Origin: Candidatus Thorarchaeota archaeon
GTDB lineage: Archaea; Asgardarchaeota; Thorarchaeia; Thorarchaeales; Thorarchaeaceae
Direction of reading: 5' to 3'
Length of the DNA stretch: 64,000 nt
Assembly (NCBI GenBank): GCA_963726195.1
Contig: CAVSBO010000003.1
Span: forward strand, 288,001-352,000
Shown: positions 1 to 12,480 of the stretch, piece by piece
Numbering within the stretch: position 1 is the first letter of the stretch
How the letters are laid out: the number at the start of each line of letters is the position of its first letter
The notes under the pieces: generated by a model
Databases searched by the model: none
What the model was told of the DNA's origin: nothing
Seen by the model: the letters and a program-made list of their open reading frames with translations, nothing else
Made by a program: the position numbers and the translations under genes

Positions 1-1
1 C

Positions 2-169
2 GATCCCAACCTGCTCGGCAGACTGCCAGACGTAATTGTTGCAGTAAAGAACGGCCAACTGAACATAGCATGGAAGAAAGGTGACGCGATTCTATCATCA
101 AGATTGAGCCAATTTGGGACTCAGATAGGGCCGTTTGAACCCTATTCAATCGGCGAAGAGAAGGAGTAG
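2..169 (+). CDS. 3' end of a gene entering from the left edge (unknown product)
   Basis: Open frame from base 2 (DPNLLGRLPDVIVAVKNGQLNIAWKKG...EEKE) ending in TAG at 167-169. Confidence 0.5.
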   Translation, partial: DPNLLGRLPDVIVAVKNGQLNIAWKKGDAILSSRLSQFGTQIGPFEPYSIGEEKE

Positions 170-277
170 CCACGGCACAATCTGTTTTAACATGAAGAGA
201 GAGGCCCACTTCTTCCAATTCAGCCGAAGTCTATAAGAGTCTCTGAGCCCGGTCGTTGCAGCGGATGGCACACAGCA

Positions 278-1148
278 ATGGAGATAGATGTTCAGCTTCT
301 CAAGGAATTCGAAGACCAACTCAATCCTCTGAGACCCGAGAAATCGAGTATACCTGCAAAGCTAGTGGGACTTGGTCGAATAAGTGCAACCTACGAGATT
401 CTTGAAGAAGGCCAGGAACTCATTCAATACACTAGGATGCCGTTCTTTGATACATTGGCTCGTCTCGAAGCCTACGAGAAGCTGTATCATCGATATAACC
501 AGCAGATCAAAGAAATCGGCCTGGACCTTCCAGACTACGGAACAACGCGAATTGAGAAGAAAGGAGGACAGACGTATCTGTACCTCTATCGAGAAAAACA
601 ACCCCCTACCGCGACAGCTATTGGGATCATCTCTCGTGCCACCAACGCCGAATGCTTTGCTTTTGCCCGGCAAATCCTCAGAGAGATGAACAAGGTGTGG
701 AAATTCAACAGCAAGAACCGGTCGAAGCTAGAGGTGTCAACCGATGGCAGACTATCTAACTGGTCTATGCCTGGCATAGGACCTGATACTTCTCAGGTAG
801 GCACGAAAACGAAACTGCAGTGTATACCGAATGGCACTCCAATGATGAGGCAGGAAGAGAAGGAACTCCTCGATAGTGATGTGTTCTTCCTTCGAGCAGG
901 GGAAGTCTCAAAGCCCATATCGAAAAGACGTCACATACATGATCTACTTGGCAGATTCTATGACATTAGACGGGTGTGTCTGGACATGTTGGCAGACTTC
1001 GAACAGACACGCGGCAAACTCATCAGTGGTGTCGTCGATGTGGCAAACCAGTTCCTTTTGGAGGAAGCAGTCTGTCGAGCACCTCCTCGTTATCACTCCG
1101 GAAGAGGTCAAGCATTACACAGCTGATGCGTTGTCATGGAAACTCTAG
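278..1148 (+). CDS. DUF6206-like hypothetical protein (frameshift near 1065)
   Basis: N-terminus IDVQLLKEFEDQLNPLRPEKSSIPAKLVGLGRIS and DGRLSNW resemble DUF6206 as recalled; tail continues in the 876..1148 frame (ITPEEVKHYTADALSWKL). Confidence 0.5.
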
Positions 1149-1244
1149 CTTAATGATTTGCTTGGCCGAGAGACTTTATTCTATGCACTTGCACAAGGGT
1201 TTAAGAATGGCCAAATTGAGCAAATTCAAGAGACGGAGACTCCA

Positions 1245-3688
1245 ATGAAGGACAGTGTTGGTCTTTCAGCGGCTGAAGCTGAAAAGAGACTAAGACAGTA
1301 CGGGCCAAACCAAACTGCAAAGCCCAGAGGAGTAAGCTTTCTTGGCATTGCTAAGGAGGAGGTAACAGAGCCCCTAATCCTCATGCTTATCGTCGTTGGT
1401 ATTCTCTACTCGATTTGGGGCAATCTCGAAGATGCTCTGACGATTTTCAGCGTCATTACTGTCTTGGTTCTCGTGGAGATACTGAATGAATACAGAGCCA
1501 AGAAGGCCATATCTGCTCTCTCAAGGATGGCCGCACCGAAGACCAAGGTCCTTAGAGACGACGAGGTTGCCGAGATTGAAACTGAGAACGTGGTCCCGGG
1601 CGATGTTCTCGTGTTCACCCCGGGCACCCGCATCGCTGCCGATGGCAAGCTTCTCGTGTCGTTGAGCCTTCACGTCGACGAGTCCTCGCTGACTGGGGAG
1701 TCTATGCCTCAGGAGAAGAACCGCGGCGACGAAATCCTTGGTGGGACACTAGTTGTTGCGGGAGAGGGACAGGCAGAAGTCACCGCTACTGGCAAAGATT
1801 CGAGGTTCGGAAAAATCTCGGCTCTGGCACAAGAGATCAAGGAACCTATGACGCCTTTGCAGGAAGCGATGGAGTCCCTAGCAGAGAGATTGGTTGTATT
1901 GGCTTTGGTACTGAGTTTGGTAATTCCTCTCTTGGGCTACTTGCGCGGCCAAGATTTCAGACAATGCTACTCACCGGACTTGCCCTTGCTTTTGCGACCG
2001 TTCCTGAGGAGGGACCCATCATCATTACCATGATTCTGGGACTGGGTGCGTACAAACTCTCCCAACATAACTTCCTAATCAAGAAGATCAAGGCTGCCGA
2101 GGTTCTCGGAGATGCGACTGTCATTCTCACAGACAAGACTGGAACCATTACTGAGAACCGGATGAGTGTCGTTTCTGTTTTCCCTGAGGAGCAAGAACTG
2201 AGCGTCATCAAAGCCGCACTAGCAACAATGACGGAAATGTCTCTATCACCTACTGACAAAGCCATCAGGGAAAAGGCGTCGGAACTACACATTGAGACAG
2301 AATCTCCGCAGCTGCTTCGTGAGCGCAGTTTTGGCGACGGCAGGAAAACGAAGAGTCTCCTGTGCAACGTGGATGGTGGCCTACAACTTACCGTAAGCGG
2401 AGCACCCGAAGAGGTACTAGGTCTGGTAGGTAACGACCACACAGAGGTTCTGGATGAATTGGGAAAGCAGACGACAAGGGGAAGAAGAGTCATAGCTGTT
2501 GCCCAGAGAAGTGTTTTGTTCACTGAAAAGGACTCGCCGTTTTCATCGTTGGAGAAGGACCTAGATTTCATTGGACTAATCTCGCTTGAAGATCCGCCCA
2601 GAAACGGAGTCAAGGAAACGATAGAACAAGCCAAGCAAGCTGGGATTAGGACCATCATGGTTACTGGCGATCATCCTCAGACTGCCTCATTCATTGCAGA
2701 GACTGTGGGTATTTCATCGGAGAGAATCATGACTGGCAATGAACTGGATGGTTTGTCCGACGAGAATCTGGAGGATGTGGTAAAGGAGGTATCTGTGTTC
2801 GCGAGGACAAAGCCAGAGGACAAGTATCGTCTTGTGAAAGCACTGAGAGCTAACAATGAAGTCGTGGCAGTGACTGGGGATGGTGTTAACGACACTTTGG
2901 CTCTCAAGGCTGCAGACATAGGCATCGCCATGGGACTGAAAGGCACAGATGCGGCGAAAGAGGCGGCTGATGTCGTCCTAGCTGATGATAACTTCGTGAC
3001 TATTGGGAGTGCAATCTTCGAGGGTCGGAAATTCTTCGACAACCTCAGAAAGGGATGGAAGTATTACCTGTCTGCCAAGATGGCACTCATACTGATTTTC
3101 CTTTTGCCACTTGTGCTCAACATCCCATTTCCCATGGCTCCGATTCAAATCATAGTCCTCGAATTGTTCATGGATCTCGCTGCTTCAGCTGCGTTCGTCA
3201 GTGAGCCCCCGGAGAAGGCAATCTACAGCAGACCCCCGAAAAGCCCTAAGACACGCCTTCTCGGTTCTAAAACCATCGCGAGGATCACTGTTTCAGGGTT
3301 GAGCCTTTTTGCTGCAGTCTCAATCTCCTACATGTACGCGCGATGGCAGAACCTATCCCTTGCTCAGACACAGACGTACGCCTTCGCGGCTTGGATCATG
3401 GGTCACGTAATCTTGGCCTTCGTCTCTCGTTCGGAAGGCGAGCCGCTATACAAGTTAGGATTCCTTTCGAACAGAGTGATGGATGCTTGGGCGTTTGCCT
3501 CCTTCGCTTTCTTGTTCATCGGGATATTCGTGCCCATTGTGACCATTCAGCTCAGACTGTCTTCAATCTCCGTTGTTGAAATCGGCCTCGTGTTCGTGAT
3601 TTGCTTTCTCGTCATAGCATGGCAGGAGCTTGGCAAGATTCTGATGTTCAACAGGCGGAGTCATACTCTTCAAGAGAAGATGCCCTAG
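1245..3688 (+). CDS. Cation-transporting P-type ATPase (type II), split by one frameshift near 1963
   Basis: YGPN, TGES, PEE (PEG-like), DKTGT phosphorylation site, DPPR, TGD and GDGVND motifs across ORFs 1158..2033 and 1964..3688; ATG at 1245 after TATA-like TTTAAGA. Confidence 0.93.
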
Positions 3689-3813
3689 CGATCTTTCCGC
3701 AACTGCAGAGAAGCCCTATTCGACCAATCTCTCTGAGCTATACATGGTGCCGCAAAGCAATGCTTAAGTCCTGACCGCCGCCGAGCGTGATGCCTTATTG
3801 TGGTGTCCTTGTT

Positions 3814-5418
3814 ATGGTGGCAAGCAAGCCGTTCACTCCGGGTACTCAGAGCAGACCACAGGTCGTCGGACCATACAGGATAGTGTTCGCTACTGGCTTC
3901 GGAGTATTGCTCAGCGCGCTTGACTCATCCGTCGTTAACGTCTCGCTTGATACGATGTCCCGAAACCTCGGCGTAGGAATTGAGCAAGTGGCATGGGTTG
4001 TTCTTGCTTACGTGCTGATTCTGACATCCACAATGCCGCTCATGGGAAAGCTCGGCGACAGGCACGGCAAGAAGCGCGTGTTTCAGGCCGGAATGGTCCT
4101 CTTCATAATTGGCTCTGCCGCCTGTGCTTCTTCGCCCACTCTTGAGATCCTGATCATGTTCAGGCTGTTTCAAGCAATAGGTGCTAGCATGATGACTGCG
4201 AACGGACTCGCAATCGTCACCTACTTTACTACCCCACAGAATCGTGGCCGAGCCATCGGACTCAACTCGGTAATCCTCGCGGCCGCACTCGGTGCTGGTC
4301 CAGTTGTCGGAGGAATCCTTAGTGAGTTCTTCGGATGGCCAAGCATCTTTCTGGTCAATATTCCCGTAGGCTTGGTCGGCCTGATCGTTGGAGCGAAGAT
4401 AATCCGTGAAACTGAACAGGTCAAGGAGAGCCGATTCGATATCCTAGGAGTGACCCTGTTTTTCTCTGTGCTGTTCACGTTGGTGCTGCTAGTTTCAGAG
4501 GTCGGCACTGTTGTAGCAGTTGGAGCCGGCACTGTAATCAGCGACGTTAATCAGACGTTGTTGGCAGTACTAGGCGTCGCCAGCATCATCATGTTCATCG
4601 CTTTCGTACAAAGGGAAAGGACCTTTGTGTCTCCAATGATCCCGGTTCGAGTACTCGCAGACAGGAGAATCTCATCAGGGTTCTTCTCTGCATTGCTCGC
4701 ATTCATGGCCAGCAATCCAGTCACCTTTCTGTTGCCTTGGATGTTGCAGGATGTTCTCGGATACAGTCAGTTTCAGACGGGTCTATACCTGACGGCGTAC
4801 CCCTTGACAATATCAGTAATGGGACCCGTTGCTGGCATCATATCTGAAAGAATGGAGGCACGGAAAGAGACAGTGATTGGACTCTGCATTCAGCTCGTCG
4901 GGTATGTTCTCCTCGCCTCCGCAATTCCGAATGTCACACTCATGTTTCTTTCCGTCATAGTCACAGCCATTGGCGGGGGACTCTTTACAGTCGCCAACAG
5001 CAATTACATAATGACTGCAGCTCCGCGAAGCTACATGGGAGTAGTAAGCGCACTCACTCAAGTCGCGAGAACCAGTGCAATATCAATCGGAACCGCGCTA
5101 TCCGCGGCTCTATACACAGCCTATTTCCTCGCGTTCAACCCCACCGGTGTCACCTCGGGACCTGTCTATGCAAATGCCTACGTAACCGCAGTGCGATTGG
5201 TAGTCTCGGCGTTCTGTTTCCTGACCGTCGGTGCGGTAATCGTTTCGGCCGTTAGAGGAACGAACCCACACGAACGCGAGAGAGCCGCAAGACGTGCCGA
5301 AGGAGTTGTGACCGTTGAAGTCCACAGTGAAGCGACTGAGATCCAAGCTGATCCTAGCCCATCAGATACAAACGCCGAGGACGGAAATCTGGCGCACGAC
5401 GAGTCGAACAACAGCTAA
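3814..5418 (+). CDS. MFS drug:H+ antiporter, DHA2/EmrB-like (14 TM)
   Basis: LDSSVVNV, GKLGDRHGKK motif A, GPVVGG, WPSIFLVNIP. Confidence 0.9.
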   Translation: MVASKPFTPGTQSRPQVVGPYRIVFATGFGVLLSALDSSVVNVSLDTMSRNLGVGIEQVAWVVLAYVLILTSTMPLMGKLGDRHGKKRVFQAGMVLFIIGSAACASSPTLEILIMFRLFQAIGASMMTANGLAIVTYFTTPQNRGRAIGLNSVILAAALGAGPVVGGILSEFFGWPSIFLVNIPVGLVGLIVGAKIIRETEQVKESRFDILGVTLFFSVLFTLVLLVSEVGTVVAVGAGTVISDVNQTLLAVLGVASIIMFIAFVQRERTFVSPMIPVRVLADRRISSGFFSALLAFMASNPVTFLLPWMLQDVLGYSQFQTGLYLTAYPLTISVMGPVAGIISERMEARKETVIGLCIQLVGYVLLASAIPNVTLMFLSVIVTAIGGGLFTVANSNYIMTAAPRSYMGVVSALTQVARTSAISIGTALSAALYTAYFLAFNPTGVTSGPVYANAYVTAVRLVVSAFCFLTVGAVIVSAVRGTNPHERERAARRAEGVVTVEVHSEATEIQADPSPSDTNAEDGNLAHDESNNS

Positions 5419-5534
5419 GCCCTGATTCGTTGAAGGCTTGAAAGAATCAACGGTATCGCGATGTAGTGATACTGGTTTAGGAGCCTTTATCTTCTGCTTG
5501 TTTCGGGATGTCGTCAGGTGTTAGGAGCTGAACG

Positions 5535-6958
5535 ATGGCAAAGATCTAGTCGAGCACTGCATCGAGTTTGGTCGCGGTTTGGGCTCGAGTTATGTAGAGG
5601 CCCGGTATGTTCGAGAGCGCGCAAAGGGACTCGGCTATCGAAACGGTGAGATATTCTCCGGGGGACAACAGCCTTCCTCGGGCATCGGCGTCCGCATGGT
5701 TGTGGAAGGAAACGTGGGATTCGCATCATTTGATAGGATGGACAAGCAGCTGGCTGATGATGCTGTCCGAGCGGCATTCCGAATGGCCAAGAATGCTAAG
5801 CGCAAGAAGAAGATTGACTTTGGGAAGCCGATTAGCAATCGTGCCACATGGTCAGTGAAGGTTAAGCAGCCTCTCGAGGACGTTGACTTAGACACAATGA
5901 TGGCGACAGCAGACGAGCTCAACAAACAGCTAGCGGGCCTTAACTACTACGTAATGCTGCTCGCGCCCACTAAGATAGAGAAATACTTAGTGACCAGCGA
6001 AGGAACGGAGATAACCGGTGACGTCTCTCTTACTCGGGTTTTCATTCAGCTTACTACAGAAGGGAAGATGGGATCGGAGCAGAGAACCGTAGACATGACC
6101 CGAAGTGGGGGATGGGAAGCGTTCAAGGAGTCCAAGTTGGTCGAGATATTTGGTGAAGAGGCAACACACCTGAAGAGGGTCGCGCAAGAAGCACAGAAAG
6201 TTCCAGAACTCCTAGAAGGACCGATTGACATGATTGTCGGCTCAGAGGTGGCAGGCATAATCAGCCATGAGAATGTTGGTCACCCCAGTGAGGGAGACAG
6301 AATCATGGGAAGAGAAGGTGCTCAAGCAGGCGAGAGCTTTTGGAGAGACCTGAAAATCGGAGAATCCAGAATTGGCTCGAAGGCTGTGAATGTTTCGGAC
6401 GATCCCACCGTTCCGCAGTCGAGTGGATACTACCTGTACGACGACGAAGGGGTCAAGGCAAGAAAACGCCGCCTCATAAAGAATGGAATTGCGAACGAAC
6501 CCCTTCTTAACAGGGAATTTGGTGTCAGGTTTGGAAAAGAATCAAACGGGGCAGCAAGGTCCTCCAGTTTCGACAGAGAACCAATCATTCGGATGTCAAA
6601 CACGTTTTTCGAGCCAGGTGACTATTCTTTCGAGGAGCTGATTGAAGATGTCAAACTTGGAGTGTACATGAGAAGCTTCAAAGAATGGAACATCGACGAC
6701 CGAAGGTTTCAGTCAAAGTATACTGGCTCTGAAGCATACTTGATCAAAGACGGCGAACTCACTGATACACTAGTTCGTAGACCAGTACTTGAAACAACAA
6801 GCGTGGGTCTCCTCAGTGCGATGGACGGGGTCTCAAAAGAGTTTAGTCTCGACTTTGCCGGAACGTGCGGCAAGGGCGACCCAATGCAGGGTGTCCCAGT
6901 ATATGCAGGCGGCGGACAGATTCGTATTAGAAACATTCGACTGGGAGGGATGGGTTGA
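5535..6958 (+). CDS. tldD: TldD/PmbA family metalloprotease, catalytic subunit
   Basis: HENVGHPSE (HExxGH) and CGKGDPMQ motifs; true start ATG 5535 after AGGAG needs one extra A in the run at 5540-5542. Confidence 0.9.
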
Positions 6959-8337
6959 TGGCAGATTTCGATCAACTGAAGTCATTTGCGGACGCGGCGA
7001 TAGAGAAGTCGAAAGACAGAGCCAGCTCTGTGATTGCCAATGTTGTTCGCTCAACAGGATCACAAGTCAGGTTCTCGCAGAGCCAAGTGGACATATCCAA
7101 CAGATGGGAATCCCTCACGCTTCAGCTTTTTGTCGTCGTGGGACAGGCTAAGACATGCGCATCTCAGAGATCAGTCAGATCCGAAGAGGAAGCCCAAGAA
7201 GCCGCTGAAGAAACCATCTCATACGCTGAACGCCTTCCTGCGTCTCCGTTTTTCGCGGGGGTTGAAGAATCTACGAGCCATTATGATAGCTTGGAAGGTC
7301 AATTCGATGAGCGTATCGAGGAATACGTCGATAGGGCACCCGGAATAATCAACACGGCAATTGATGCTGCGTTGAAAGAAGGAGCAAAGAGAGTAGCAGG
7401 GGCTCTCAAGTTCTCTCAGGACACATCTTTCATGCGGTCGAGTCTTGGACCTGAAGGAACAACACGAAAAACTGGATTTGATTTCAACGTCAGAGCTTTC
7501 CAGAACGAGCTCGACTACTCCGGCCAAGGTCTGTACTGTGGCGTGAAACTCCTCGACTCAGAACGACAGATAATCGAGGCTGGTGCTGAGGCAGGCAGGT
7601 TGTCAAGACAAGCCTCGGGGGCCAAGCAGGGTGAGCCTGGTATATATGACCTTGTGCTCAGCCCGACCGTAGCCGCCAACCTGATCGGCTATCTGCCCCA
7701 GACAGCTAACCCATTCCTGATAATGATAGGAGACTCTCCCCTAGGTGACAAGATGGGTCAACTGCTCGCTCCTGAGGAAGTCAACGTGGATGATGACGCA
7801 AGATTCCCCGGAGGTCTGGCCTCTGCATCCTTCGACTTTGAGGGGACTCCCACGAGAAGAACAACGATATTCGAGAGGGGAGTTTTGAAGTCTCTTGTGC
7901 ATAACACCAGTACAGCCAAGATGCACGAAACGCAATCAACCGGTAATTCTCAGCTCGTCTCAATGGCGTCGGGTTTGATGATGCTAATGCCAGGACCAAC
8001 GAATGTTGTCTTTGACAACGGTCGCAGTTCAATCGATTCGCTGTTTGATGGCAATAAGCCCACAATCTACGTCACATCGAACTGGTACACACGATGGCAA
8101 AACACCCAGACTGGCGAATTCTCAACGATCCCTCGAGATGCAATGTTCTTGGTTAAGGGCGGGCAGATGAAACCGATAAAGAATCTAAGAATCAGTGACA
8201 ACATCCTCCGGATGTTCGCGAACATATCTGAGCTTGGAAACGACAGAAAGCAGGTCTATTGGTGGGAAGTGACCACCCCAACTATGATTCCATCAATGAA
8301 GATTGCCGATTGTAGGATGACTGCAGCGACACTATGA
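6958..8337 (+). CDS. tldE: TldE/PmbA family protein, non-catalytic subunit
   Basis: Overlaps tldD stop; FDFEGTP and STGN motifs; lacks HExxH. Confidence 0.85.
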   Translation: MADFDQLKSFADAAIEKSKDRASSVIANVVRSTGSQVRFSQSQVDISNRWESLTLQLFVVVGQAKTCASQRSVRSEEEAQEAAEETISYAERLPASPFFAGVEESTSHYDSLEGQFDERIEEYVDRAPGIINTAIDAALKEGAKRVAGALKFSQDTSFMRSSLGPEGTTRKTGFDFNVRAFQNELDYSGQGLYCGVKLLDSERQIIEAGAEAGRLSRQASGAKQGEPGIYDLVLSPTVAANLIGYLPQTANPFLIMIGDSPLGDKMGQLLAPEEVNVDDDARFPGGLASASFDFEGTPTRRTTIFERGVLKSLVHNTSTAKMHETQSTGNSQLVSMASGLMMLMPGPTNVVFDNGRSSIDSLFDGNKPTIYVTSNWYTRWQNTQTGEFSTIPRDAMFLVKGGQMKPIKNLRISDNILRMFANISELGNDRKQVYWWEVTTPTMIPSMKIADCRMTAATL

Positions 8338-8369
8338 CCGATTTGGCAGAAGAAACCGAATCTCCGGGT

Positions 8370-8915
8370 CTACGTGCTCTTTCTCAGAGATTGCAATGCC
8401 ATTCGACACGTAACCGCGGGATGCAGGAAGATCTCGCTCACGTTCTGCCCGGTCTTGGCGCTTGCTTCGAAGTACTCCATGGACAGGAGCTTTGCCAAGT
8501 CTATTCCCTCCTCTGTCGTGACCACGAGCTTCTCAGCCACGTCTGCCTTGTTCCCCACTAGTGATCCGGTTAGATGCATTCCGGCGGAAGGGCAAGCTCC
8601 CTTCGTGATAGCGTCGTACCATTTGGGCACCTCCTCGAAGGTCGAACGGTCGGTCTTGTCAAAGACAAGAATGAGATGGTGCGTTCCCTGGTAGAAGCGA
8701 TTTCTTAGCGACACAAACGATTGCTGGCCTGCGAGATCGACAACATCGAGAACTACTCGCCCGTCAGGGAAGTCAAGAGTGGCCACGTTAAGATTGACCC
8801 CGACTGTGGCAGTGTAGTGTGGTTCAAACTCTCCTGAAAGATACCTGCGAAGAAGAGATGTCTTGCCCACATTTCTCGGGCCTGCAAGTATTATCTTGAA
8901 GACTTCGATGGACAA
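8370..8915 (-). CDS. Rab/Ras-like small GTPase
   Basis: G1 GPRNVGKTS, G2 TVG, G3 DLAGQ, G4 NKAD, G5 EASAK. Confidence 0.93.
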   Translation of the reverse strand: MSIEVFKIILAGPRNVGKTSLLRRYLSGEFEPHYTATVGVNLNVATLDFPDGRVVLDVVDLAGQQSFVSLRNRFYQGTHHLILVFDKTDRSTFEEVPKWYDAITKGACPSAGMHLTGSLVGNKADVAEKLVVTTEEGIDLAKLLSMEYFEASAKTGQNVSEIFLHPAVTCRMALQSLRKST

Positions 8916-9140
8916 GACGCTGAACCACTCCTAGTTAACAGAAGGGAAGTGTTTTCACTTATGAGAGTTCGCACGATGTCTCTTCGGGAGGAAGACATCC
9001 ACGGGCGCCATGCCGGACACAGAAAACCTGGACGCTGAATGATAAAGGATTCAACTCAACAAACGCCGTAAGTCTAAGTGGCCGCGGCCGACCATAAGAA
9101 AGGGTTTTAGCCTGAAAGACCCGGCAACCGTCGACTGAAA

Positions 9141-9647
9141 ATGGTCGACCTCGGCAACATCAGAAGCAGGACAAAATCAGCAAGTGAGTACGTCCAGACT
9201 CTTCCGGAGAACGAAAAGCAAGGCTTCCTTGACGTTTACGAAGACTACAAGATGGACTTCGGAAGCGTGGAAGCATTGAGGGATCTGGCGAAGGGTGTCA
9301 CAATTGTGGTTCTCAGCGCAGGCTGGTGCAAGGACTGCAAGAACGCTATCCCTGTGCTCGCGCATCTGGAGGAACAGATTGACCTCGATGTGAGAGTATT
9401 CGGCGGCATGAAGACGGCTCCGCTCGACCCCAACCACAAGTGGGCTGTTCCTCCTTCGCCGCCCGAGGCTGAGGAATGGAAAGTCAAAGCTATACCGTGG
9501 ATTGAGATCTTCGACAAGGCCGGGAACAAAATCGCAACAATCATCGAAAAGCCTACTGTCAAGAGCACCCTCGAAGCAGAGCTACTATATGTTTTGGAGA
9601 ACCAGCCATGGCCGTCTCCGAAGCGGGAGACTAAGAAGAAGCAGTAG
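9141..9647 (+). CDS. Thioredoxin-family protein
   Basis: WCKDC active site; cis-Pro motif AIP. Confidence 0.85.
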   Translation: MVDLGNIRSRTKSASEYVQTLPENEKQGFLDVYEDYKMDFGSVEALRDLAKGVTIVVLSAGWCKDCKNAIPVLAHLEEQIDLDVRVFGGMKTAPLDPNHKWAVPPSPPEAEEWKVKAIPWIEIFDKAGNKIATIIEKPTVKSTLEAELLYVLENQPWPSPKRETKKKQ

Positions 9648-9996
9648 TGAGTAGCCTTTGCCGCTTGTTTGCCAATCAGATTGGGCTGATGTGAGACTTG
9701 AAGAGAATAGATAGAAGGGCTTGCTGTTCTGGTTTGTTCGCACTTGCCAACAGCGTTGTGCTACCTCCAACACATGGCGTTCTTTCTGCAAAGAGCTTGA
9801 TTTCCGAGGGGCTTTCAGTCAGTATCTCTGCGAGTCAGAATCCACAGATGTTGAAGCATGCTGTCCTTCCCTTACATGGCGGCTTACATAAGGAGAAGCT
9901 TCATATAGAAACCCTGAGATAAGGCGGCAGTCCTAGTGGTTTGTAAGGCACAGAATGTCGACAGACCACAGACTTCTTTTCAAAGGAGAAGAATTG

Positions 9997-12413
9997 ATGA
10001 AAATCAGAACGAAGTATGCGCTCCTTGCTGTATTCATCGCAGCTACTCTTGTGCTGCCCATGTACGCTGGGAGCAATATAAGCACGCCCCGTCTGATTCC
10101 TTCTGTTCATGAGTCGACCGCCACTTCAGAGACTGATGTTCAGGCTCTGGAGGTAATGGATTCTTACGTGGATCCATTCGGTGGGGTGTACAACGTGATT
10201 GGCGGCGCATACAATGCGACGCAATACGGATTCTCCCACATAACGGCCCTCGAGAACATAGTGAAGGATCAGATGCAAAATAAGAACGGCTTTGTCCGGT
10301 CATCGGCATTCAGTTTGAGCGCGAGCGTTCCCTATCCCAACGGTGTCGTTGGTGCGCCTCTGGCTGTCCTAGAGCTCGATGTTTTCCCAGTGCTAGTGAT
10401 TCCTACAGTCAGAGCCAGTGCACACTATGCGAACCTCACGCAGACTGACGCCATCAGTATCGCTGATCAATTTGCATCCGTCTACGACACTGCCCTCTCA
10501 ATCAGCCTGACACGATTCATGATTAGCAAGACATCTACGTCTTGGCTTTTCCACTATGGCATTCCCACCTACACCTCGTGCTATGGCAAAGAGTATCATT
10601 TCGTCTACCTAGCAGTTCTGACGGCCGACCAAGGTGTAGCGGCCATGAAGACCCTGCTCAATAGGCTTGCCGGCCTAGGTGGCTTCATGTCCATTCTCGG
10701 AGGGACTAGTTGGCCCTACCTGCTGACCACTGCAGTAGAGCGCTACATCCCCTATTACATCATGCCTCACTTTCAGGGCACGAGTTATAGCGTCATGGAC
10801 ATGCTTAGCTCCCGCGGGTATCCTTACTTCAGATCCAGTAACGCAACTGACACTGAGGTAATTGAGTCGTCCGTTATGGGTGGAGCAGCTTTCGATTACC
10901 CAGGTTACGTCAATGCAGTAGCTGGCAATGAGAGCTATTCATTGAAGACACTGGTCGGCTACACTGGCAGCATTGAGAACAAGATGCAGCAGGATAGCAG
11001 CGCCGATTCATTATCGATCATTGGTGGAGAGACACCAGGTTCTCTCACAATGTACGGCATTCCTTCAACATGGATGACCATCAATGACCAGTTCGAGATA
11101 CCGGGCGCAATCGACATCGACGGTGTCCATCTCCCATCAGGCACAACGATTTCAGACGCCATGCGCACGATACTCTCAGTCATGCCCGGAGAGGCTGCTT
11201 ACGAAGTGAACGCGATGATTGGAGGTCTAAACAGTTCGTCACTTGATTTCATTGTCGACCACCTATGGGGTGTGCCGGGATACACTGATTACAAGACACT
11301 GCTATTAGCCGAAAACTACTCGGCTATCACGACCTCGGTCACCGAGATGAACTTCGACCTGCTCGCGACAGTGATGAAGAGCGCTGGTTTGACACCGGAT
11401 ACTCTCATCGCTGACATTGACCCAACGGTTGCAGCCATCTCACCAGTCGGTGCGCTGGCCAAGGCTTTTGTTCTCGTTCTTCGATAGCTACCACATCCTC
11501 GACATCCTCCTCCCCGCCAACTACAACACGGCATCGGGTATGGCTGCATACCTGAATACCTTCATCCAAGGTTTCGAGAAAGCCCTCCACGATTTGACTG
11601 GCTATGATGTGACAACCACTTTCGAGACCAAGGAAGGCATTGCTACATTCGTCCAAGCACACTGGGGCATTGCGCTTCAAGCACTCTGGACGGCAATGGC
11701 GGCTGAGCGATCTATCGGGTGTCAAGGTTGCATTCCATAACATCCTAAATGCGACAAACTTCCAGGAGCACATCACTCCATATCTTAAAGCAGACCTTGG
11801 TGCCTCGCTTCTGGCTGGCATAGGCTTCGAGTTCGCTGTGAACTTCAACGGAACAGCCTTCAAGACTATGTCAGCCAACGACGTGACCTTTGCCTTCGAT
11901 TCGGATCCCTCAACAATCAAAATCACTGGTCCATATCTAGCAGTCGTCAAGAGTCCTAACTCGAGAACAGTCAATCTCGGAGACACTATCAACTACACCA
12001 TGAACGTACACAACTATGGTGACGCAACGGCCTATGATGTCAAGGTCCTCGACGGAATCTCTGCTGGTCTCGATGGAGAGCGGCAGTACTACTGGACCAA
12101 GTCCTCGTTGACTGCGGGTGAAACCTGGGAATTCACATATCTGGTAAAGGCTAACTCCGCAGGTCTTTTCATGGACATGCCCGCAATCTGTGTTTACTTC
12201 AACCAGAGCCTAAGCACGTTCAATCCTGCTTTGAACTGGACAGGCACTGCCCGATACACCTTCTCAGCGATGGGCTTTCAGATGAATGTAGCCGGACCAG
12301 GTGGGTGGCTCCCATCTACGCTGTTTGGCATCCCGACACTCTATGTGATTGCAGGAGTTGGTGGAGTCGCTGCACTCGGTGTGGCTTTGCTCATCATCAG
12401 AAGACGAACGTAG
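9997..12413 (+). CDS. Large secreted/cell-surface protein with DUF11-like Ig domain and C-terminal membrane anchor (frameshifts near 11475 and 11700)
   Basis: Signal peptide MKIRTKYALLAVFIAA; many NxS/T sequons; GDTINYTMNVHNYG repeat-type domain; C-terminal TM followed by RRRT; joins ORFs 9955..11487, a bridging frame and 11640..12413. Confidence 0.7.
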
Positions 12414-12432
12414 TTCTTAGAGTCTACACATG

Positions 12433-12480
12433 AGGTCGTGCGCCATTGCATATGACGCAGCGACCTTTCTCCCTTTTTTT
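12433..12480 (+). terminator. Hairpin plus T-rich tract after the surface protein gene
   Basis: AGGTCG-TGCG...CGCA-G-CGACCT stem followed by TTCTCCCTTTTTTT. Confidence 0.6.

Noticed and set aside
5535-8337. TldD/E as part of a RiPP biosynthetic cluster
   Set aside because: No precursor peptide, YcaO or radical SAM gene is adjacent; TldD/E pairs are widespread in archaea.
8973-9000. Hairpin GATGTCTCTTCGGGAGGAAGACATC between the GTPase and thioredoxin genes
   Set aside because: A single short stem with no recognisable family; insufficient support.
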